Shown here: in pieces, positions 1 through 7,441 of the stretch
Numbering within the stretch: the first letter of the stretch is position 1
Layout of the letters: every line of letters begins with the position of its first letter
Virus record (IMG/VR): IMGVR_UViG_3300045988_136456
Length of the DNA stretch: 35,330 nt
Direction: 5' to 3' (one strand)
Origin: a virus
Made by a program: the position numbers and the translations under genes
The notes under the pieces: generated by a model
The model's input: only the letters and a program-made list of their open reading frames with translations
What the model was told of the DNA's origin: nothing
Databases searched by the model: none

Positions 1-141
1 CGGCGATCCCGATTGCCTACACCGACAATGCGCAGGGAGGCAAGACGGTCACCATCGGCTGAGGAGGTGCGGCATGGCCAACAACAAAGTCCAGCTCAGC
101 GACGGAACAGTCCTGCTTGACCTGACCGGGGACACCGTAAC
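1..141. repeat. Terminal direct repeat: assembly overlap of a circular genome, identical to 35190-35330
   Basis: Read directly. Bases 1-141 match 35190-35330 letter for letter, so unit length is 35189 bp. Bases 1-62 are the 3' end of CDS 34661-35251. Confidence 0.95.
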
Positions 142-340
142 GCCGGAGACGCTCATGGCCGGCGTCATTGCCCACAACGCAGCGGGCGAGCGGATCGTCG
201 GCATCTGTGTGGCGAAGGAATTTAACGTGGACGGGTCCGTGGTCAAGCTCGTTGATGTCCCCTCCCGCACGATGCAGCAGGAGGGCTCGACGCTCAAGCT
301 CTCGCCGGCTGCGATCAACGAGCACACGCTCACCATCTAA
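74..340 (+). CDS. Small tail-fibre-associated protein, N-terminal paralog of 34661-35251
   Basis: GGAGG RBS 8 nt upstream. N-terminus KVQLSDGTVLLDLTGDTVTPETLMAGVIAH aligns with KIVLSSGEVLMDLTQDTVVADKLLKGFTAH of the preceding gene. Confidence 0.7.
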   Translation: MANNKVQLSDGTVLLDLTGDTVTPETLMAGVIAHNAAGERIVGICVAKEFNVDGSVVKLVDVPSRTMQQEGSTLKLSPAAINEHTLTI

Positions 341-350
341 GGAGGAGCAC

Positions 351-815
351 ATGGCAAATACGAATTACATTGACAGCTTTGAAGTAAACGGCGTCGAGAT
401 CCCTGTGCGCGACCCTGGCATTTCGCAGTGGGCGCGTGAGCCAAGCGCCCCCGAATATACGGCCGAGGATGTCGGCGCGTTCCCTGCCGTCCCCGGCGGC
501 AGCGCCGGTCAGGTACTGACGAAGACCGCCGATGGACAGGAATGGAAAACACCGAGTGGGGCGGCATCGTATTACAAGACCTTTACCGCTGCCCAGTGGA
601 CACAGACCGATGCGGAGGCGACCATGAGCATCCCGCGAAGCGAGCATGGGCTGCTGGGCAATGACGTTTTCGCGCAAGCATCTATCTTGTCAAGCGGCGC
701 CTATCGGAAAGGCACATGGGCAAGCCTTGAGACCTATGCCATGATCGCCGCTGACGGGACCATTACACTGCACACATCGTCCGCCTTCGACGGCGCTGTG
801 CTGCTGATCGGATAA
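351..815 (+). CDS. Hypothetical structural (tail-fibre region) protein
   Basis: The ATG at 351 is preceded by TAAGGAGGAG. The upstream part of track ORF 168-815 is Arg/Ser-rich out-of-frame text overlapping the previous gene. Confidence 0.65.
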   Translation: MANTNYIDSFEVNGVEIPVRDPGISQWAREPSAPEYTAEDVGAFPAVPGGSAGQVLTKTADGQEWKTPSGAASYYKTFTAAQWTQTDAEATMSIPRSEHGLLGNDVFAQASILSSGAYRKGTWASLETYAMIAADGTITLHTSSAFDGAVLLIG

Positions 816-825
816 GGAGGAGTAT

Positions 826-1254
826 ATGAGCGGATTTTACGGAGTGAATTACAGGATCAACGGCCACCGCGTCGGCTTTGTTCAGGCATTGAATGGAGTA
901 TACCGTGTGATCTTCGAGCGCTGCTACGAGGAAAACACGCTGGAGGCGGTCGAGGCCATCGACTGGCAGAATGTCACGGTTGAGCAGGTCCGCACGGACT
1001 ATCCGGCTTGCCCACTGCCAGAGGGCTACACCTTTTCCGTGCAGGAAATCGAGTACACAAAGCAGGGCTACTTTACCGTCATTCTCAAAACGGACAAGCA
1101 GCATTGGGGCGATGTTACGCCGTATCAGGCGCAGATCGAGAGCCTGAACGCTGCCGTCGCCCAGAAGGATACGCAGCTCACCGAGAGCGAAGAAAACCTT
1201 GCCGCTGCCAACGCGCAGCTGGCGGAACTGGAGGCCACCTATGATGCAAACTGA
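826..1254 (+). CDS. Hypothetical protein with C-terminal coiled coil
   Basis: AAGGAGGAG RBS. C-terminus QAQIESLNAAVAQKDTQLTESEENLAAANAQLAELEATY is heptad-like. Confidence 0.65.
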   Translation: MSGFYGVNYRINGHRVGFVQALNGVYRVIFERCYEENTLEAVEAIDWQNVTVEQVRTDYPACPLPEGYTFSVQEIEYTKQGYFTVILKTDKQHWGDVTPYQAQIESLNAAVAQKDTQLTESEENLAAANAQLAELEATYDAN

Positions 1255-1546
1255 AAAGCTCAATGCCATTAAGGGCGCAATCACGGATGGAAAGCTCGTG
1301 CAAGCCGCCGGCGGCATCACGCAGCGCACGGAGCAGAGCGACAAGCTCGGCTTTGACTGGAGGATCTTCACCGTCAACGACGTGGACGTCCGAAAGGATT
1401 ACGTCGAGCAGGAGACTCCGGTCGGCACGAGCGCCGACAATCCCATCGAATACACGGAGGGCGTGCCGCTCATCAACAACGCCTTCTACCGCGTGGACGG
1501 TGTGATCAAGGTCTACATGGACGGCTGGGTAGACTGGGAGGGCTGA
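1241..1546 (+). CDS. Hypothetical protein
   Basis: ATG at 1241 lies after GGAGG and overlaps the end of the previous gene. Codon bias is typical of the genome. Confidence 0.55.
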   Translation: MMQTEKLNAIKGAITDGKLVQAAGGITQRTEQSDKLGFDWRIFTVNDVDVRKDYVEQETPVGTSADNPIEYTEGVPLINNAFYRVDGVIKVYMDGWVDWEG

Positions 1547-1547
1547 C

Positions 1548-2648
1548 GTGACCGCCTATGAGGCTGCCGTCCAGGAGAAAGACCAGCTTTATGCGCGCAT
1601 TCAGCTCGTCCGGGAGGAGATCAAGCAGGAGCAGGACCCCGGCAGACGCGGAGAGCAGAAGCACCGTCTTCGCATCCTGTTCGAGATGTACCACGAGAGC
1701 CTTGAGCGGCTGGAAGCTCTTCGCCCACCGCAGGAAAAGCGGCACAAGGCGGTCAAGCGGACGGTCATACACACCGGTGCTGCCGGAGCAGATGTCAACA
1801 GCTTTGACTTCTTCGAGCGCTGCGACTTGACCTTTGCAGACCTCGAAGGAAATCAAGTCCGTTGGGATGACCTCGGCTCGGACAATGGCGAGAGCCGCGC
1901 ACGGCTCATGAGGGCGCTCCGGCGCGGCCGCGCGGCGGTCTCAGACCGCCAGCGCGAAATGCTCGATCTCCTCCTGCAGGGCAAGACCGCGACGGAGATC
2001 GCCGAGCAGCTCGACGTGAACAAGGCCACGGTCTCCCGCACGCTGCTCCGTGCGAAGAAGGTCCTTAACGATAAGGCGGAGGATCTGCGCCAGGAGGATC
2101 TGCGCGAGCATCCGAACCGTCTTGACCTGGCCGAACCGGAAACGGCGCGCTATGTACTCTCCCGCCTGACGGAGACGCAGGCCGTGTATCTCTACCTCTA
2201 CTATGGCGAGTGGCTGGATATGCGCTCGATCGGCGCACTGCTGGGCGTGGACCATTCGACCGTCTGCCGCACGATCCATCGCGCGGCCGGCCGCATCCGC
2301 GCCCTCTGCACCGACGGCAGCGGCGTGGAGCTGCTGGGCGTGGACGCGCTTGAGCCGGCGCTGTATGCGCTCTACCGGCAGCACGCAGCGGACGATCTGA
2401 TCCCGGAGCAGGCCAGAGCTGCGGCACGCAGGGCGACCGCCTCCGGAGCCCAAAAGCGGCCGGAGCGGACGCCGGATCGCGCGCTGATAACGGCGCCGAT
2501 ATGGGGCCAGCGAAGGCACCGTGCGGCGGCGCAGAGCCGTCTCCTGCGTGCGTTGGAAGACGCGGCGGCTCAGCGTACCGGCTCGCTCCTCGCGCGTCTA
2601 CGCGCGCTTCTACGGGCCTTCCGCGTGAAAATAACAAGAGCCGCCTGA
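1548..2648 (+). CDS. Protein with two sigma-70 region-4 / LuxR-like HTH repeats; putative transcription regulator
   Basis: GTG start after GGGAGGG. Two segments look like sigma region 4: SDRQREMLDLLLQGKTATEIAEQLDVNKATVSRTLLRAKKVL and LTETQAVYLYLYYGEWLDMRSIGALLGVDHSTVCRTIHRAAGRIRAL. Confidence 0.6.
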   Translation: MTAYEAAVQEKDQLYARIQLVREEIKQEQDPGRRGEQKHRLRILFEMYHESLERLEALRPPQEKRHKAVKRTVIHTGAAGADVNSFDFFERCDLTFADLEGNQVRWDDLGSDNGESRARLMRALRRGRAAVSDRQREMLDLLLQGKTATEIAEQLDVNKATVSRTLLRAKKVLNDKAEDLRQEDLREHPNRLDLAEPETARYVLSRLTETQAVYLYLYYGEWLDMRSIGALLGVDHSTVCRTIHRAAGRIRALCTDGSGVELLGVDALEPALYALYRQHAADDLIPEQARAAARRATASGAQKRPERTPDRALITAPIWGQRRHRAAAQSRLLRALEDAAAQRTGSLLARLRALLRAFRVKITRAA

Positions 2649-2664
2649 CCATCAGGCGAGGCCG

Positions 2665-2964
2665 TGCATTGCAGTTAAGTCACGGGCATTCCGAGAGATC
2701 AAGAACACAGGAAGCAGCTCCCGCCGAACAGCCCACAAGCGTCCAGCGGACACCCGTATTCAATCCTCGGCTGCCCATTCCAAGTTCCCGAGATTTCGTT
2801 TCTGCCAGCTGATTTTTTCGACAAGGGAATCACTCGAATCACATTGCTTTTCACCTTTTCCGCCGCCGGAACGGACGGGGCCGATGCCCGGCGAGATTGT
2901 AACAGGCAGGAGGTGGTGATCGTCCCCCAGACAGACGGAATGCCTGTGACTTAGCTGCAATGCA
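2665..2964 (+). repeat. 29-bp imperfect inverted repeat (2665-2693 and 2936-2964) enclosing 242 nt of ORF-free sequence
   Basis: The reverse complement of 2665-2693 equals 2936-2964 except at 2 positions. Both become G-U pairs if transcribed from the + strand. Confidence 0.8.
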
Positions 2965-3017
2965 GACGCAAAAGGCCGCAACAAAGGACGGCAGGAGTTA
3001 TTGAATCGAAAGCGAGG

Positions 3018-3629
3018 ATGCAAGTGAAAGAAGACTTTAAGACCATTATCCTCAAAATCAAGGGCGATTGGACGGAAGTCGTGGACGACTGCCGCGCTAC
3101 CGTTTCCAAGCCTCCGCTCGGGCATGAGCCGAGCGGTGATTTCAGACGGGATATCCTCATCGCCGAGCACAGCCCGATCCGCGGCATTCGCGTTAAGTGG
3201 AGCTGGCACAGCATTAAAAGCTGGATCGCCACGCACTGGAGCCGCCACAAGTGGGAATGCTTCATCAGCTCTCAGCGTTCAGACCGCACGGGCATTCCAC
3301 GCGACAAGCTCCCGCAGGACGTGCCGGTAGACTTTACCGGGGAAGCAAACGCACAGGCCTTGATCGATACCATGCGTAAGCGCCTCTGCCGACGGGCGTC
3401 ACCGGAGACACGCGCCTATGCGGAGGACTTTAAGCGGGCACTGCGTGAGGTAGAGCCGGAGCTCTCTGACGTACTCGTCCCGAATTGCGTATATCGCTGC
3501 GGCTGTCCTGAAATGGACTGTTGCGGGGAGTGGCAGAGAATGTGCAGAGAAACGAATCAGAGCATTGATACCGGCAGCATCAAATATCGCTATCGGTGCT
3601 ACAACGATCTGTTTTACGGCACCGAATAA
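3018..3629 (+). CDS. Shortened, divergent ThyX-like (FAD-dependent thymidylate synthase fold) protein with Cys-rich C-terminus
   Basis: AEHSPIRGIRVKWSWHSIKSWIATHWSRHKWECFISSQRS has the same spacing as the ThyX segment H-x-x-P...RHR...S-x-R. NAQALIDTMRKRLCRRASPETRAYAEDF matches the ThyX segment NARSLMNFLNLR..AQ.EI..YA. Both comparisons are from memory of T. maritima ThyX. Confidence 0.55.
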   Translation: MQVKEDFKTIILKIKGDWTEVVDDCRATVSKPPLGHEPSGDFRRDILIAEHSPIRGIRVKWSWHSIKSWIATHWSRHKWECFISSQRSDRTGIPRDKLPQDVPVDFTGEANAQALIDTMRKRLCRRASPETRAYAEDFKRALREVEPELSDVLVPNCVYRCGCPEMDCCGEWQRMCRETNQSIDTGSIKYRYRCYNDLFYGTE

Positions 3630-3650
3630 AACAAAAAGGAGATTAGAACA

Positions 3651-3911
3651 ATGGCTACTTACAAGAGAATCGCCTCTGACGGCAGACCCATCGAGGTCAC
3701 CGATACCCCCGCGGGCCTGAGCGAGAGCACAGGCATCAGGAACAGCATCGTGCAGCCGGTCATGCGCCGCGACCTTGAGCGCGCCGGCACGGAGATTTAC
3801 GTCCTGCCGCAGTACAAGCTCACCTACGACAAGGACGGCTACTGCGTCAAGCAGGAGAAGTGCCACATCCCGGACGATATTGCAGCGAAGCTCGCGGAGC
3901 TGAACAAGTGA
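3651..3911 (+). CDS. Hypothetical protein
   Basis: AAGGAG RBS. 86-aa ORF with no recognisable motif. Confidence 0.6.
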   Translation: MATYKRIASDGRPIEVTDTPAGLSESTGIRNSIVQPVMRRDLERAGTEIYVLPQYKLTYDKDGYCVKQEKCHIPDDIAAKLAELNK

Positions 3912-3962
3912 GCAGAGCGGGGGATATCCCCGCTCTATCCTAAGGAAAGAGAGAGTACGCCA

Positions 3963-4253
3963 ATGGACAACATCGAGACCAAGCTCGCGGAGGTCGAGCA
4001 GCGGGCCAAGAGCAACACCCACAGGCTCGACGATCAGGAGAAGCGCATTGACAACATCGAGGACCTCACGACCTCCGTCAAGGTGCTGGCTACCCGCGAG
4101 GAGCGCGTAGAGAAGGACGTGAAGGAGATCAAGGCAGACGTCAAGGAATTGACGTCGCGCCCCGCGCAGCGCTGGAACGGGCTGATCGACAAGGTGCTCT
4201 ACGCCATCATCGGCGCGTTCCTGGCGTGGCTGCTGACGGGAGGCGCGGTATGA
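3963..4253 (+). CDS. XhlA-like lysis-associated membrane protein
   Basis: N-terminal coiled coil followed by a single C-terminal TM helix (LYAIIGAFLAWLLTGG). The architecture and position upstream of the holin and lysin match PBSX XhlA. Confidence 0.6.
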   Translation: MDNIETKLAEVEQRAKSNTHRLDDQEKRIDNIEDLTTSVKVLATREERVEKDVKEIKADVKELTSRPAQRWNGLIDKVLYAIIGAFLAWLLTGGAV

Positions 4254-4534
4254 CGTGGTGGCAGGTGTGCCTCATCGCGGTCTGCGTGATGGGCGCGGTC
4301 ATCGTCGTGGCCTCCGCGCTGGCGATCCTCGCGTACTGGCTCGAGGGCGTGCGCAAGCGCGACAAGTACGTATGGGCGGCCATTTTTAACCTGACGTGGT
4401 ACTGCATCGTGAGTCTCGTGCTCACCAACAACGACAAAATTGTGCCGGACAGCCTGACCGTAGCGTGGTTCGCCGCGTGGACGGCAGAGCTGGCCCTGCT
4501 CGCCAACATCAAGATCAAAGGGAAGGATGATTGA
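4250..4534 (+). CDS. Small three-TM membrane protein, holin-like
   Basis: ATGA overlap with the previous stop. Three hydrophobic segments and a charged C-terminus (KIKGKDD). Confidence 0.55.
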   Translation: MTWWQVCLIAVCVMGAVIVVASALAILAYWLEGVRKRDKYVWAAIFNLTWYCIVSLVLTNNDKIVPDSLTVAWFAAWTAELALLANIKIKGKDD

Positions 4535-4535
4535 A

Positions 4536-4756
4536 ATGAAACTGCAATTCAACGACAAGGTCTACGACGTTTTGAAGTGGCTGTGCCTTATCGCGCTGCC
4601 CGCGCTCTCCGTGCTCTACAGCGCGCTGGCGGGCGTGTGGGGCTGGCCCTACGCGCAGGAGGTCGCGACACCATTAACGCCGTGGTGGCCTTCGTGGGCG
4701 CGCTCATCGGCATTTCCACGGCGAACTACAACAAAGACAATGGCGCAGGCAAGTGA
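4536..4756 (+). pseudogene. Dp-1-family-like holin interrupted by a 1-nt frame change near 4665-4670
   Basis: The N-terminus is in frame 0 (MKLQFNDKVYDVLKWLCLIALPALSVLYSALAGVWGWPYAQEVA). The expected C-terminus is in the -1 frame (DTINAVVAFVGALIGISTANYNKDNGAGK, stop 4754-4756). As assembled, frame 0 runs on into the endolysin, which gives track ORF 4527-5312. Confidence 0.6.
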
Positions 4757-5312
4757 CATCCTTGCCGTGGCGGTCAAAGAGATCGGCACGGTCGAGCAGA
4801 GCGGCAACCGGCAGAAGTACGGCAAAGCATACGGCATGGACGGCGTGTACTGGTGTATGCAGTTCGTGTGGTGGTGCTTTCAGCAGGCAGACAAGGCGCT
4901 CTTTATGGACGGCGGCAAGACGGCCTCCTGCGGCGAGCTGATGCGCTGGGCGCAGGCACACAGGCAGTGGGTCACCACGGGCTACCGGCCCGGCGACGTG
5001 CTGATCTACGACTTGCCCGGCACGGCGTACAAGACCGACCATTGCGGCATCTGCGAGAGCGTCAGCGGGCAGTATGCCACCGCCATCGAGGGCAATACCT
5101 CCAACGGCAACACCGGCAGCCAGTCAAACGGCGACGGGGTCTACCGCCGCAAGCGCAAGCTGTCGCTCGTGCTCGGCGCGTACCGCCCGAAGTACACGGA
5201 CTATCGCGCCCAGCTCCAGAAGCGGGCGGGGTTGGAGGACAAGACGATGGACTACCTCGCGGCGTACAAGTACGGCAGCGACCTGATCCGTAAACTGGCA
5301 ACGATGAAATAA
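4740..5312 (+). CDS. CHAP / NlpC-P60-type endolysin
   Basis: EQSGNRQKYGKAYGMDGVYWCMQFVWWCF is a CHAP Cys motif, with a downstream His in DHCGI. It is the last gene of the lysis cassette. Confidence 0.75.
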   Translation: MAQASDILAVAVKEIGTVEQSGNRQKYGKAYGMDGVYWCMQFVWWCFQQADKALFMDGGKTASCGELMRWAQAHRQWVTTGYRPGDVLIYDLPGTAYKTDHCGICESVSGQYATAIEGNTSNGNTGSQSNGDGVYRRKRKLSLVLGAYRPKYTDYRAQLQKRAGLEDKTMDYLAAYKYGSDLIRKLATMK

Positions 5313-5314
5313 TT

Positions 5315-5329
5315 TGCCCGATTCGGGCA
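5315..5329. repeat. Palindrome family copy (TGCCCGATTCGGGCA)
   Basis: 15-bp perfect palindrome 3 nt after the endolysin stop. Confidence 0.9.
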
Positions 5330-5337
5330 GAAAGGAA

Positions 5338-5376
5338 GAGAGCACCAACACTTAGTCGGTGCTCTCTGTTTCTTCC
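5338..5376 (+). terminator. Intrinsic terminator of the late/lysis operon
   Basis: Stem GAGAGCACC / GGTGCTCTC followed by TGTTTCTTCC. Confidence 0.6.
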
Positions 5377-5619
5377 TCAGGGTCAAACTGGATGACGCTC
5401 CATCCGCGCCATTTGACAGATTCTTGATCTCCCATTCGCGGCTGCCGTTTGATATCCGATACCATTTCGCGCGAATATTGGTCTCGTAGGGGCCGGTCAA
5501 TGGCGATATCTGTAACGCCGCGACGCGAGCGGCCGGAGCCTGCTGAGCTTCTGTGTTCATCACTGTGTTCACAAATCCCGCTATGACTGGCAGAAACGGG
5601 CAGAAACGAGCAAGATGAA

Positions 5620-5669
5620 AGTTGAGAAAAAGCTTGATATTGCTGGAAAATCCAGTAATATCAAGCTTT
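5620..5669 (-). terminator. Intrinsic terminator downstream of integrase
   Basis: About 18-bp stem (AAGCTTGATATTGCTGGA / TCCAGTAATATCAAGCTT, 1 mismatch), followed on the minus strand by TTTCTCAACTTT. Confidence 0.65.
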
Positions 5670-5767
5670 CCCTTTCTACAACGAACGAGAGGAGGAAACT
5701 CTATTTCGTCCCTTGCGTATCAGGCATTCTGCGCATTTTGTGTTTGCAACTGTGTTCACAGGCTTGG

Positions 5768-6799
5768 TCAAAAGCTCTTTTTCATCTTCTCCGCTGCGGC
5801 GGCGATCGCGTCACCGTAGACGTGCGTATAGATGTCCATTGTCGTGGACAGCTTCGCATGACCGAGCAATTTCTGCGCCGTCTTGGGGTCAACTCCCGCC
5901 TCAAACAGCGCGGTCGCATAGCCATGCCGGATCTGATGCAGAGAGACCGTCACGCCGCTGGCGGCGCAGTACGCCTTGTAAAGCTTGCGGAAATCGCCGT
6001 CTGTCAGCAGCGAGCCGTCCGGCTCGGCAAACAGATACCCTTGCGGCAATTTTTTCGGCAGAAGCGCATCCAAGGCGGGCAGGAGCGGGACCTCTCGCAC
6101 ACCGGCGGCTGTCTTTGGCTCCTTGATCTTCGCGCCGTGGTCGTAATAGACGGACCGGCGGATATGCACGCGCATGGCTTTGCGGTCAATGTCGGCTCCG
6201 GTCAGGGCCTGCGCCTCGCCCCTGCGGCAGCCGGTGTAGTAGATCAGCGCCGGGAACAAGCCAAAGGGCAAATTCGTGGATGCCTTGATCTTGGCGATCT
6301 GGTCTTTGTCGGGGGCCTCGCGCCGCGTCTGCGGAAGATTGCGCGGCACGCGGACGGCCTGCGCCGGATTGTAATTTGTTTTTCCTTGCAGCTCCGCCCA
6401 GCGCAGGACCTGGCGGATGACCTGCAGCTGCATGGCGACGGTCTTCCTCGCCCGCGCGGCGGCAAAGTCCCGAATAAATGCGTCGATCTCTTTGGCGGTG
6501 ATACTGCCGACCTGCCGCGCCCCAAATTCCTCCACGGCTCGGCGCAACGCCGGCTTATAGTTTTTCACCGAGTTCGGCTCGAGCTTCAGCTCGGCTTCAT
6601 CCCACCACTGCTCTGCGATCCTCGAGAAGGTCGTCTCCGCGTCGATCTCCGCTTGTAGCTGGGCTCGGTCAAACGCCTTGACCTTTTCCCATACTTCCTT
6701 GTCGGTTTTCCCGCGGAAGGCCTTGCGCTTGCCGTTGATGCGGAGGATCGTCTCATGCAGACCGTCCGGTCGGATGTAATAGCTGGGATATTTTGGCAT
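5768..6799 (-). CDS. int: Tyrosine recombinase / phage integrase
   Basis: Contains YYTGCRRGEAQAL (Arg I) and LHQIRHGYATALFEAGVDPKTAQKLLGHAKLSTTMDIYTHV (HxxR...H...Y). Confidence 0.9.
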   Translation of the reverse strand: MPKYPSYYIRPDGLHETILRINGKRKAFRGKTDKEVWEKVKAFDRAQLQAEIDAETTFSRIAEQWWDEAELKLEPNSVKNYKPALRRAVEEFGARQVGSITAKEIDAFIRDFAAARARKTVAMQLQVIRQVLRWAELQGKTNYNPAQAVRVPRNLPQTRREAPDKDQIAKIKASTNLPFGLFPALIYYTGCRRGEAQALTGADIDRKAMRVHIRRSVYYDHGAKIKEPKTAAGVREVPLLPALDALLPKKLPQGYLFAEPDGSLLTDGDFRKLYKAYCAASGVTVSLHQIRHGYATALFEAGVDPKTAQKLLGHAKLSTTMDIYTHVYGDAIAAAAEKMKKSF

Positions 6800-6903
6800 T
6801 GCGCCGCCTCCTCTCTGTTAAATATTCCAGTAGCCAACCGGCGCGCGGTTGCGTTATAATTCCATCCGGCGCCAAATACACAAGGGTGCCCGAGGGAGCT
6901 AAA

Positions 6904-7020
6904 ATGTACGACATCGCCTACATCCTCGCACTGTTTGAGTCCCTGCCCGCGCATGACCAGCACGAGATCCTCGAGCTGGCTGCACAGCTCGCAGCCGAAT
7001 CCCAGCGCAGCGATCCGTAG
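6904..7020 (+). CDS. Small ORF (38 aa) resembling the C-terminal tail of XRE-type repressors
   Basis: GAGGGAG RBS. LFESLPAHDQHEILELAAQL is comparable to LFAELDPAEQTKVVGDMLRR in the repressor at 8371-8730. Confidence 0.35.
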   Translation: MYDIAYILALFESLPAHDQHEILELAAQLAAESQRSDP

Positions 7021-7096
7021 ACCTCCGCGCATTTTCCCTCTCCGAGTTCGCGCGAGCTCAGCAAAGGCCGCCGCCCTCATGGATGGCGGCCTTTTG
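7010..7096. repeat. Direct repeat A1, about 95% identical to 7667-7754; ends in a bidirectional hairpin terminator
   Basis: Aligned by eye with about 4 substitutions and 1 indel. Hairpin is AAGGCCGCC...GGCGGCCTTTTG. Confidence 0.85.
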
Positions 7097-7112
7097 CGTT
7101 GGAAAGAATTCC

Positions 7113-7141
7113 TTGCATTTTCGACACGGCTCTGCTATCCT
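7113..7141 (+). promoter_or_regulatory. Candidate promoter of the toxin mRNA
   Basis: TTGCAT, 17-nt spacer, TATCCT. Confidence 0.4.
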
Positions 7142-7230
7142 ATCTGTGGCGCTGCCAGTACAACGGTACAGGGTAGGCGGTTGGCTCCTCCATCCCGGAG
7201 GGGACTTCTTGCCCCTCCAAGAGAGGGGTG

Positions 7231-7320
7231 ATGCGTATGCTTACATATTCAGAGCTGTTCGAGTTCTGTCTTGTGGTCATAGGGGTCATTGGCCTGTGTT
7301 TTCAGGCAAAAAAGAAGTAA
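7231..7320 (+). CDS. 29-aa hydrophobic peptide, Hol-Tox-like type I toxin candidate
   Basis: Translates to MRMLTYSELFEFCLVVIGVIGLCFQAKKK, too short for the ORF track. It has one TM segment and a KKK tail. The SD (GAGAGGGGTG) can pair with an upstream CCCCTCC. Confidence 0.6.
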   Translation: MRMLTYSELFEFCLVVIGVIGLCFQAKKK

Positions 7321-7405
7321 CCGCCTCACGCTTCCCCAAGCAGGCGGTTACTCTTTGAGCAACTAACCGGGGAGCTGACCGTCTACCGGCAGCGCCCTTC
7401 GTTTG
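7305..7405 (-). ncRNA. Candidate antitoxin small RNA, convergent with the toxin gene
   Basis: Minus-strand promoter TTGACA-17-TATACT (7441-7413). Minus-strand terminator is hairpin 7351-7317 followed by TTCTTTTTT. The RNA overlaps the last toxin codons and the 3' UTR. Confidence 0.5.
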
Positions 7406-7412
7406 TACTCCA

Positions 7413-7441
7413 AGTATAGCCGCCAAATTTCAAGTTGTCAA
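7413..7441 (-). promoter_or_regulatory. Near-consensus sigma-70-type promoter for the small RNA
   Basis: On the minus strand: TTGACA (7441-7436), 17-nt spacer, TATACT (7418-7413). Confidence 0.55.

Larger units (their letters stand above)
5313..5767. other. Candidate attP region
   Basis: Located between the lysis cassette and int. Contains ACTGTGTTCACA at 5562-5573 and 5749-5760, CTGTGTTCA at 5551-5559, and a tandem GGCAGAAACG x2 at 5589-5608. Confidence 0.45.

Noticed and set aside
168-350. N-terminal extension of track ORF 168-815
   Set aside because: The extension overlaps CDS 74-340 out of frame and reads as Ser/Arg-rich junk. A strong RBS and ATG are present at 351.
2760-3265. Minus-strand ORFs 2760-3248 and 2951-3265
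   Set aside because: They are antisense to the ThyX-like gene and cross the inverted-repeat element. No RBS and no recognisable motifs.
5252-5572. 106-aa minus-strand ORF downstream of int
   Set aside because: Its MNTVMNT start is generated by the CTGTGTTCA repeats. It runs through the late-operon terminator, a family palindrome and the 3' end of the endolysin. Codon bias is weak. I treat the region as attP instead. A short real gene cannot be fully excluded.
5615-6658. 347-aa + strand ORF
   Set aside because: It is antisense to the integrase, which has canonical tyrosine-recombinase motifs. It also begins inside the int terminator hairpin.
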